Positions 23,501-32,600 of a stretch of DNA of 34,675 nucleotides are shown here, one piece after another. Position 1 is the first letter of the stretch. Each line of letters opens with the position of its first letter. The notes beneath the pieces were generated by a model. It did not search any database. It saw only the letters and a list, made by a program, of their open reading frames with translations, and was not told where the DNA came from. Made by a program: the position numbers and the translations under genes. Origin of the DNA: Klebsormidium nitens (Eukaryota > Plantae > Klebsormidiophyceae); the NCBI GenBank assembly GCA_000708835.1, contig DF237717.1:1-34675 (forward strand). The letters are read 5' to 3'.

Positions 23501-26271
23501 GATCAGAAAGCAGAACGACGGCGCACCTGGGCCGGCCACGTGGCCTCAAACAGGTGCAGCGTATAGTCGTCCAGGTTCTCGTACAGCAGCAGAAACGCGT
23601 CCCACCGCGCCGCGTCGCCTTCCCCGTTGTCCCCCTTGTTTTCCATCATCGACGCCATCTCTTTCTCCGCGTACCCATCCCGCTTCCGCGAGTGATAAAA
23701 CTCCTTCCACTCCTTGCGAACCTCGTTCTTGCTGCGGGATCCCCCTCCCTTGTTGAGGGATCCCCCTCCTTTTTCGCCCTTCTTCTGAATAGGGCCTCGA
23801 GCGCTGGTGCTGGCCGGGCCATCGGCGCCCCTCTCGACCCAGGGCCCTGTTTCGGCGGACGTTGCGCCGTCGGAAGGGGTGGGCAGGGCGAGTCGGAGGA
23901 CTTGCAGGGCCTGCCGGCGGATGAGGCTGTCTTCGTCGAGCTGCGACGAGGAACAAACGACATGTCAGGTTTTTGCAAATAGAAATAGCTCCTTATAACT
24001 GATTCACACCTACCAAGACAAGTGCATCAGGTTCTCTAGCAAGGCATGACAAGCGACGAACGGGTTCTCAATCCGCAGGCACTCACACGAAATATACTCT
24101 GAACTTTGAGCGACTGTAGTGATCAAAATCCCTTGTGTTGCATTTGAAATCTGGTTCTGGTTCATCCAATCGACAATCGGTAAGTAATATCTCGTCAAAG
24201 GAGTGGGTGGTTCACTTGGACACTTTAACTGGAGGAGGTCGCATTGGCTACCACAAGGCTTGTCTATGACTGAGCTGCAACTTTCAACCGACTCCACGCT
24301 TGAAAGATGAATTCGCACATTGGCATGCAATTTGAACCAGCTTCGAATCACATGCGGTGTGACTCGATCATTCCGTCGGTCGGGGAAGCACAGGCAACCA
24401 AGCAATGAGTAGTGTTGAACGAAAAACAAGATATATTCACTTTTTGAAAGGCGGAAAGGCACAGAAAGCAAAGGAAATGTTGAAAGCCAAAAGCAAGAGG
24501 AAAAGTTGAGGACACACGTACGAGGCCGTTCTTGATCGCTTCCCAAAACGTCGGCTGCCCCCGCACATCGATCACCGCACCGGAAGCTGCCCCTTTCGCC
24601 CCTCGTGGCGGTAGGAGATGCGCCTTGAAGCACGCAATGACGGAAAAGCCATCCGCTTTCTCGCCCCTCTCCCCCTCCAACAGTTTCTCACAACATGCCC
24701 ACAGCTTTGCCCCAAGTGCTGACGTGTCTGATTCTTGGTCCTTGATTTGTAGCGATGCTTCGAGGAGGGAAGGCAGCAGTATGCTGACCGCTTGTCGCCT
24801 CCGCATCGGACTGTCACCGTCGGTCAGCATAGCAAACGCCACTGGCAGCATTGCAGAGACACTTTCCGCCAAGAAAGCGCCCGCTGACTTGCTTTCCTCC
24901 TTGGATCCAAGACTAAAACCACCATCGTGTGCTTTTGACGGTCCGTTGCTATGTTCTGGCGATTTGAACGTTCGTAGAGCTGCTTGGACGAGATTGGACG
25001 CCAGGTGGCAAGCAGCGAGCGGCGCCAGCCCGTCGCTGAAGTCAGCACGATGTCCTGGCCCCCCATCAGCCTTTTCTGCCTTGAACAGCTCACTTTGAGT
25101 AACATTGGCTGCGGAGGGCGCCTCAGTAAGTGCGGCTTTGCAAGCTGGGATGAGGGATCCCCCGGCCAGTTCCCAGGCGCCCCGGGCAGAGATCAGGGCT
25201 CCTAAAGAAGAGGCAATCTCGGCTTGGGTGGCGACTGGAAGCTTCTCCCGGGGGCTCAAAGCGGGCAGGCAGACAGTGGTGATGAGGCGGTGGAGCTGAT
25301 CGTTGGTGGTGCCTGTAAGGAGCATGGGTGATGAGCAACCTGGGATGCGATATTGACTAACAACAAGAAAAAGCTGATATGAGGGAGGAAGATTTTCCTG
25401 GGACAACAATCAAGCCACGCGGAGGTTGTTGATGGATATGTGACAAAAGTGATGGGCTCACTTTCGCAACTCTATGCAAAGCAACAAATCACGGGCACTC
25501 CAGCTGACAGGTGGGCTCTTTAGTCCTTGTACATACCCAGATCTAGATTGCATACTGCAGCCTAAGAAAAATCAGAGTGGTTGACAATAGGTCTCAGAAG
25601 AAAGGGTATGGTGTACTGCATGCTTCACTGATCATCACAACTTTCCAGAGTCCAAAAGGTTCATCAACTTGGACATGACGAGCCTTGCTGAAGTAGCTTC
25701 AGAAGTCTGCTTCCACAAATGGTTCTGATCTCTCATTGCCTCAACAACTAATTGGTGGGCACTGGTGGAAGGACAGGGGACCAATTGATTGAAGTGATGC
25801 ACTTTGATGTATCAAAGGGTGGTGCTATTAAGGGCTTTCTGCAAAGCACTAATCCACCACCACCAGGGCGTGCTGACTTTCCGGATGGGAATACAGACGG
25901 AAATCGACAACTTGAATGTGGGCAATTGCACAAATACTCCAATCAGGTGCGTTGCTCCTGAAGATGACGTGGAAGTTCTCTGCCTCACCTTCTTTCTCCA
26001 GGAGTAGCATCGCAGCGACAATGAAGGCGCTCACACCAGAGACACTCCCTTCCCCAACCTCCTGGTCCTTAATTGTCTCTGCCCCTTCTGCACCACCCCC
26101 CCTTTTCAGAAACTCTCTCAGCAGATCGTCCAGCAACTTTTCAGGGGGGGTGCGGCTGATCGCCAGGGTGGCATTGATGACCGCACCCACGGTGGCACGG
26201 AGACTCGCTACTTGGCCGCCAGAGGCCTGGGCCAGATCTCCCAGGCAGTCAAGCAGCTGTGAAGCCGCCAT
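8597..26271 (-). CDS. TARBP1: tRNA (guanosine(18)-2'-O)-methyltransferase TARBP1/Trm3: long helical N-terminal region plus C-terminal SpoU (SPOUT) domain, ~1950 aa
   Basis: Exons in transcript order: 26271-~25989 (junctions between 25989 and 25357 unresolved; 25561-25462 is one phase-compatible candidate), 25356-24522, 23940-23527, 23115-22833, 22501-22034, 21537-21340, 20923-20808, 20277-19852, 19520-19275, 18765-18617, 18186-17844, 17442-17215, 16263-16081, 15374-15219, 14429-14199, 13509-13312, 12555-12443, 11867-11702, 11389-11176, 10614-10392, 9761-9612, 8771-8597. From 25356 onward all are phase-consistent GT-AG. SpoU motifs: LIVVASLVARIPNLAGLARTCEVF, GYSLVGLEQT, LVLGREKEGIP, VEIPQLGVIRSLNVHVSGAI. 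TARBP1-type upstream motifs: RWDAFLLLYENLDDY, WVSLLWQRGFQHRNPQVR, LTSHHHNLR, PFECVP. Confidence 0.93.
12018..12055 (-). repeat. Intronic copy of the TARBP1 acceptor and start of exon 11867-11702
   Basis: 12031-12055 cggtcgaccgaaacacgcactctgc matches 11847-11871 cggtcgacggaaacacgcactctgc at 24/25. Confidence 0.8.
13196..13250 (-). repeat. Degenerate intronic copy of the 3' end and donor of TARBP1 exon 13509-13312
   Basis: ctcactcatgcacgtgcaagcagtggtgatggctggtgacgtacgccagcgt aligns with ctcacttgtgtgaacgtgcgcaggttgtggtggtggctggtgagataaggcagcgt (13307-13362). Confidence 0.65.
14540..14625 (-). repeat. Intronic copy of the branch point, acceptor and start of TARBP1 exon 14429-14199
   Basis: ttttgtacacgtccgcgtcgcatgtctgcgcggacgtccggatgcgtcagcagtg aligns with ttttggacacgtccgcatcgcgcgcctgcacggacgtccggaaggcgtcagcattg at an offset of 135 bp. 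Confidence 0.85.
14941..15155 (-). repeat. Two intronic copies of the 3' half and donor of TARBP1 exon 15374-15219
   Basis: 14941-15030 and 15070-15155 each align with 15212-15300 (gtccgaacgtccggtagcgttccgcaacgtccggctgcgtttcggacgc). Both keep a GT donor (GTAAGT, GTGAGA). Confidence 0.8.
15797..16018 (-). repeat. Two intronic copies of the 3' end and donor of TARBP1 exon 16263-16081
   Basis: 15949-16018 (gcgcgcgcacctctgtgacttcggggtctttgctctgcagc) and 15797-15860 (gcacgcgcacttctgtgcgtccagggtccctgctctgc) align with 16071-16112 (gcgcgcgcacctctgtaagttcggggtccctgctctgcagc). Confidence 0.85.
16335..16715 (-). repeat. Three serial intronic copies of the acceptor and 5' half of TARBP1 exon 16263-16081
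   Basis: 16335-16470 is a close copy of 16170-16300 (translates VCELWLRLSDVALLYVSGAVRMTLHGSDAVD versus VCELWLRHPDIARLYVSEAVRMALHGSDAVD). 16470-16575 and 16610-16715 are progressively more decayed copies. Confidence 0.88.
19162..19191 (-). repeat. Intronic copy of the 3' end and donor of TARBP1 exon 19520-19275
   Basis: ggcgcccaccttggtgcgcgcctcggccgc matches 19266-19295 at 28/30. A 13-mer remnant, tgacgcccacctt, also occurs at 18901-18913. Confidence 0.8.
23177..23325. repeat. Imperfect inverted repeat (31-bp arms) in a TARBP1 intron
   Basis: The reverse complement of 23177-23207 (aaaccaatggcaaatttgacgcaaatagctg) matches 23295-23325 (aacccgatggcagatttgatgcaaagagctg) at 26/31. Confidence 0.7.
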
Positions 26272-26461
26272 TTTCTGTGTTCTGTATGGAGAAACACTAG
26301 TGAAAACTTTTGATAAGCGGTGGTGGACCCTAGATTGGTCTTGACCAAGGCTGGTAGCTACTGCCTGTTCGTACTACAGCGACCTTTCTTCTTGGGAGCA
26401 CTACAATTCGCCGCCATGGCGCCAAAAGAAGCGACTTCACAGAGTATGGATCAGCCCCTTT

Positions 26462-26513
26462 TGGCCCTGTTTGGGCCCCCATCATTTATCTGGTTCCAGC
26501 AGAATTAGGGTTT
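26462..26513. promoter_or_regulatory. Site II (TGGGCC) plus telo-box (AAACCCTAA, reverse) module in the TARBP1/DDX54 divergent spacer
   Basis: TGGGCC lies at 26472-26477, TGGCCC at 26462-26467 and TTAGGGTTT at 26505-26513. This motif pair is established in land-plant promoters of translation and ribosome-biogenesis genes. Function here is inferred. Confidence 0.6.
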
Positions 26514-26647
26514 GTCACAACCGCGTGGTAATGGTAGTTTTGCGGTGAGCGGTAATGGCTGCAGCTCAGAGCATTCACAGGTCAGGTGAGCCTGAGGAAC
26601 CCCCAAGCAAAGCTTGGCCCTTGCACAAGGACTTCAAAACGCACTGC

Positions 26648-29600
26648 ATGATGGCGCAGAAAAGGCGAGCCGCCAAGAAGGCGCGAGTTTCCACCATGAA
26701 AGACGATGACTGGGACGAGCAGCCAGAAGCTAGCGAGGGAGAGGACTCCGAAGGGGAGGCCACGCCTGGCCGGGGAGGGGCGGCATTTCCTATGGCGGGT
26801 GTGCTGGAGTTCGAAGGAGATGATGAAGACCCAGTGTCGGCGCGTCAGAGGAAGCTGAACAAGAAGAAGGCCAAGTCGGGGGGCTTCGAATCGCTGGGCC
26901 TGAGGTGGGTCTAGCTCTTGAAAGTCAGGGCAGGTGCGATGGAATGTGATGGGAGGGTGGTGCAGTGACTGCAGAACTGAGCTTGTTTTGTTAGAAAGCT
27001 CTGTGAGAATCCCTTTGCTTTGCAAGTTCTGATTGGACATCAGTGTTTGGCCCTTACGTTGAACAAGATGGACACACTCAATCAAACAGCTGTGAGGGGA
27101 GGGGTGCAGCATGTTCTAAAGTGTTCTCCTTTCTTTCAAGAGACTGACGCACCGCTCTTTCTTTCACAGCCTGCCGGTCTTCAAGGGTGTAAAACGGAAG
27201 GGCTACCGGGTGCCAACGCCCATCCAGGTGGGGCGGCATTCATACTCATGCTCAAGCTCAATTGTAGGCAGTCTGGTTCATCGTTGCTCTCTTGATCTCC
27301 AGCTCAACATTCAAGGGCACCTTTCAAGACAAAGACCTCTGTGGTTCTTGGCAGTTGGGTTGTTAAATGCTGGGAGCCAACGCGTCATTTAGTGTGGCGC
27401 TTCAATTGTCAAGACCAGAGAGCAATGAATATTCAAAAGACGACCAATAAGAACCATGGTTTATGACAAGCAAATGATAGAGATAAACAGTGAAAGACTG
27501 TTAATGTAATCATAATTGCTCGGCGCCCAATTGCAGAGGAAGACGTTGCCCCTCATCCTCGCGGGGCATGATGTCGTGGCGATGGCGCGAACGGGCTCGG
27601 GAAAGACCGCAGGTGAGCCCAGGAGTAGAACTTGATGTCATGCTTGAGACCAGATAAACGGTCACTGACATCTTAGGTTCCGGGGTTAGGCTGAGCGCTC
27701 TGGGGCATTTGGAGTCTGATGCCAGCTTTTGAGGTCACCTAGTCGTTATTTAGACATTTGGGTGCTGCGTCCTTTGGGGAAAGGTGGACGATCTTACTGA
27801 TGCAATCTTCTTTCCAGAAGTGGCCGCACAAAGAGATTCACGCTACGTCAATCTCGGCCCCAACAGATGCTCATCATCGCCGCATGCTAACATAGCACCA
27901 CCAAGATGTGGAATCGTTCCGCTTCGTGGCTCTGTCAGAAGACATTGAGCGCCGATAAATCAACAGAAACACAGGCTGGTAGGAGGCAAGCCTGTTTGTG
28001 GGAGTCCTTCCGAATCTGGGACAGGACTTTGAAGCCCCAGTGTATTTTGCAGCCTTCCTAATACCCATGCTGGAGCGCCTCAAGCAGCATACTTCGCGGG
28101 CGGGGGCGCGAGCGGTCATCCTGTCCCCCACCAGAGAACTGGCCCTGCAAACTTTCAAGGTGAGGGAAGCTTTTGCTGTGTGCAATGGACAATGGGCACG
28201 TTACATGACATCAAATGAGTGTTTCGGGGAATGTGGCCGCTCATGGTATCCAGGAAATTTGATGGCTGTGCTTACGGTGTTGGAAAGAAGGATGCACAAG
28301 CTTTGATGTGGGAGAGGAGTCTGTTGGGCAGTGGGTTTGAATGCACAGAGAGGTTTTCTTTCAGAAAGAGAGGCAGCGAGATGGATCCAATACCAGCGAC
28401 TCCACAGCTGCATGGCCCATTTGTCACAGTCACCTACGCCTCATCTCATCTTGCAACTTGTCTTTGATAGAACCTTAGCCCGCTTCTCCGCGCTAAGCTT
28501 GGGCGTCCCTGACAAGTGCTCGCGTTCCTTTTCAATGTCGTTGGATTCTGCGCTTTTGACATCAGTTCATCGTTAAGTGGGTGCGCTTTGATCGGTACGG
28601 TTGGGAAGGGAAAGGTGTTGCAGAAGCAGAGCTGGAGCCTCAACTTCTACTTCTCAAATCCAAAACCTCGCCATTTTCCCCTCTGTTTCAACCACCAGTT
28701 CTGCAAGGAGCTCGGGCGCTACACCGACTTGCGTGCCGCGGTCTTGGTCGGCGGTGACAGCATGGAAGAACAGTTCGGAGCGCTCGCTCAAAACCCCGAC
28801 GTTCTAGTTGCCACCCCAGGCCGGCTGATGCACCACTTGTCCGAAGTGGAGGGCATGTCGCTACGAAGTGTGGAGTACGTCGTGTTTGACGAGGCGGACC
28901 GCCTGTTCGAAATGGGGTTTGCGGATCAGCTGCGGAGCATTTTGCAGCACCTGGCGGACACGCGGCAGGTGAGGGACGGTATTGGTTAAGCATGATGGTT
29001 AAGGAGCACTAGTCAAGCGGAGTGAAAGTGGGAGGGCAGGGTCAGCGGGATGGATGAAGCAGGACAAGTGAAGCAGGACAGGGTTGTGCATCTTCGGTCT
29101 AACATGCTCTAATAAGGGTCTGCATCGGTTGTGAATTGGCCAGTTTCTTTGGATTTGATTGCGGCAATGTCGCACGGGTAATTAATACCGTCGGAAGCCT
29201 GTAAAGTTCTTTGTTCTGGGATCAACTTTCCAGGCTTTTTGGTGGATGCAACTGTAGAAGCGCTCAAGTCTGCTCCCTTACTGAAAGTTGCTTGTTGTCT
29301 TTTCATTTGGCATACGCTGCTGTCTGCGCGATATCACCGTGAGCTGCCGGCCGAGTTTGCGCACAGGGGGCTCCGCCATCTGTATACTCTGCTAACAGAT
29401 TCCACTTTCCGTCAGATCTTTTTAATAATCCTCCCCTTCTCTTGCCAGACGCTGCTGTTCAGTGCGACGCTGCCGAAGCTGCTGGCCGAGTTTGCGCGTG
29501 CGGGCCTGCGCGATCCGCAGCTGGTGCGCCTGGACGCGGACGCGCGCGTGAGCAAGGACCTGCGCGTGCAGTTCTTCACGATGCGCGCCGAGGAGAAGCC

Positions 29601-32600
29601 GGCCGCGCTGCTGCACCTGCTGCATGAGGTCATCCCTGCAGACCAGCAGACGGTGAGGGGGAGTCAAATCTAGTGGAAAGTAAAGCCAGTGACAGAGTAG
29701 GTTTTTGCATTAAGACCAAAGTTCCAAATCAGAGATAAACGATGAGGAGAAGGTGCAGCACGAGGTCATCCCCGCGACCAGCAGACGGTGAGGGGGTGGG
29801 AGCTTCGTTCTTTTGGGTTTGTGCTTAAATTGCAAGACGAGAGTCGAGGTCATTGTGCAGACCAGCAGACGGTCGAAGTGACGTTGACTTTATGAACAGG
29901 AAGGTCAGTTTCTGGGTCAAGTCTGACATCCTAAACGAAAATTAACGATGAGGAAAGCTTGCGGCGCTGCTGCAACCGCTGAACGAGGTCATCCCCGCCG
30001 ATCAGCAGACGGTGAGAGGGTGGACTTTTTGTGTATGAGTCTCTCGCTTTCAAGCGATTGGAAAGCATCATGGAAAGAGGGTTCAACTTTTCTTTTGAGA
30101 AGTCTTTTGCTCGTGTGCGATCGTGAAGGAGTGAGGAAAAGGATGGAGGGCTTTCAAGGCTTTCGGGACCCGGGGTGAAGGGCTCTGTTTGATGCGCCTA
30201 TAGTCCGTCTCGTTATCGGCTTTGAATACTGCGCAGATTGTGCCCCTCTCCTTTCGATCCCCTCTTGACCTCTGTACTGCTGACGTCGGCCCCTTGGCTA
30301 TCTCAATCATTTGTGCCGACTGGCTGCTCAAGCGATCTTCCATTTTGATCAGCCCGTCAAGGCAAACACGCTTTTGACACAGCCGAGCGGATCGCAACCG
30401 GCTTCGCTTATCCGGATGCGCAAGTTCTGCTTTCTAGGGTTTTCTAGCACATCTTATCAATAATCTTTGAAACAGGAAACGCTTCTAACAGCTGCTTTTT
30501 GGCTCCTCAGATCATCTTCACGGCCACGCGGCACCACGTGGAGTTCCTGAACGAGCTGCTGACGCACTCTGGCGTCACCCCGTCCGTGGTATACGGCACC
30601 ATGGATCAGACGGCGCGCAAGATCCACATCGGCAAGTTCCGCGCGCAGAAAACGCGCCTGCTCATCGTCACGGACGTGGCCGCGCGCGGAATCGACATCC
30701 CGCTCCTTGACAACGTCGTCAATTATGGTGAGGTTTGTTTTGGTTTTGCAACTTCGAACAAAGTGAAGTCAAGGACCGAAGTGCTGTCGATGACAATCTG
30801 TTTGCATAGCAAAGAACAATTCGCTCAAAGATCGACCCGCGTTGCATGTTATATTCGAAAGTCACTGTAACATGTCTTAAAACGAAACTTGGCTCGAGCT
30901 GCGCTTGCCGTCTGATCAGTGGTCCTTATTTCGCTGCAGACTTCCCCCCCAAGCCGAAGCTGTTCGTTCACCGCGTGGGGCGTGCCGCTCGCGCTGGACG
31001 GACGGGAACAGCCTTCTCTTTTGTCACCCCTGAAGAGGTACGCCTGGCTTCCCACCGTTGATGTGCTGGACCATCTACAATCAAAGGGGCTGGGCCGTTG
31101 TTTGGCCCTTCACCTGAGGAAGGCGTCGAAGTCATGTTTTCGGAACAAGCTGTTCGGCGATACTGTCGGGTTTAACTTTTTGCATGGCGGCTTCCAAAGT
31201 GCACTGACAAGCGCGGTCAGAGTGTTTGCGGGACATCCCAATGACTCTAACCTCCGCGCCTCAGCACCGCTGACGTCACGGCATCTACACTCGTCCTTCC
31301 ATGCCTGACGTCATCTTCCCCCCCTGCCGCAGATCCCGTTCATGCTCGACCTGCATCTGTTCCTGTCGCGGCCGGTGTTCCCCGCCCCCACCGAAGAGGC
31401 GCTCCGAGGCGCGGGGACCGACAAGAATGACAGCGGGGACGTTACGGTCTACGGGCGCTTCCCGCAGTCGATCCTGGATCCGGCAATGGAGAGGATCCGC
31501 GATCTTAGCAGCACGCACCACGACTTGGATAACCTGGTCAAGGTGAGTTTAACGCAGCTGGGGTGACCTTAACCGGGGAATCTGTGACCCGTAACACCTT
31601 GGCGACCAGATACTCCGTATGCCCGCACTCTGAATCGCGGAGTCCGGCACCACGTGATTGGACTCTAGGCGACACGAGAGCAAACTATCCTACGAAAGGA
31701 CGCTGCTTAAATACGTGGTTAGACGCCCTCTTTAACGGGGGCACTGGTTCTTTTAGCAATGTCGAAAGGAATTCGACAAGGTGGTGAGAAGTGGTTCAAA
31801 AGTGGTCACTGCTTCGCCGCGCCTCTTGTGTTGTCGAATCTGTGTGCTCGTCCGCACAATTATGATACTCGGTTCTCCTTTCTCTCAAGACTGAAGTGTC
31901 CTCGGTTTTGTTGTCTAGGTGTGCGCGAACGCGTATCGATTGTATGTGAAGACGCGGCCTGCGCCATCGATCGAGTCGGTGGCACGAGCGAAGCAGCTGC
32001 CGAAAGAGGGGACGCACCCTCTGCTCCGGACCAAAGTAAGTTATGCCCACAGAAGCAATCCTACGTTTCCTGTGCGCCTTCAAGACGTAATTCCTTCAGT
32101 GGCGTCCCGGCATTCATTCACGGTTTTACGGTTCTAGGGACTGGGGATTTTAAAGGGTTTTGGGCTTCTAACGTTCAAAAGGAGTCTATTTTGTTCACTG
32201 CAGAGCTTTACGCCGGAAAAGGTTTTTGCCCGTTCTTTCTTATCATCGTCCCACTTAGGAAGTTCCCGACGGCCGTGTATCACCTCCTACGTTCGTTTTC
32301 TTGCCCACTTCCAGGTTGGACGCCAAAAAGGACTGCTTTTCAACTGATTCCCAAGAAGCTCGCTCATGAAATCTGCGCGCATTTTGGACGAGGAGCGCGG
32401 TCTTCGTTCAATCAAACATTTATTCAAACATCCATTCATTCGTTCGTTCCTTCGTTCGTTCATCCCTTCGTTCGTTTGATCATCATTCATTTCTTCACTT
32501 ATCAACGTCACGCCTCTTCTAGGTCGACGCCGCCGAGCAGACCCTCGCCGAGTTCACGGAGCACCTGAAGAAGTTCCGTCCCCGGCAGACGGTTCTCGAG

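Noticed and set aside
24532-25098. 188-aa plus-strand ORF, and other long antisense ORFs such as 5077..5610, 17833..18369 and 19736..20140
   Set aside because: They lie antisense to real exons, show no recognisable domain, and are expected shadows of GC-rich codon bias.
25595-25615. YTIPFLLRPIV, resembling a plant TARBP1 N-terminal motif
   Set aside because: The frame hits TAG within a few codons, and the segment reads better as an intron pyrimidine tract.
25572-25638. Possible intronic C/D-box snoRNA on the minus strand (GTGATGA ... CTGA ... CTGA)
   Set aside because: It is short, has no C' box and only a poor terminal stem, I recognise no rRNA-complementary guide, and the second CTGA looks like a branch point before an acceptor.
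12872-30442. Extra telo-box-like motifs at 12872-12880 and 30435-30442
   Set aside because: They are deep intronic with no site II partner, and about one such 8-mer is expected by chance in 35 kb.
31759-32568. 269-aa sense-strand ORF spanning DDX54 introns
   Set aside because: It crosses exon 31919-32035 in the wrong frame, includes microsatellite-derived text ([11 protein letters not shown]) and shows no homology signal.
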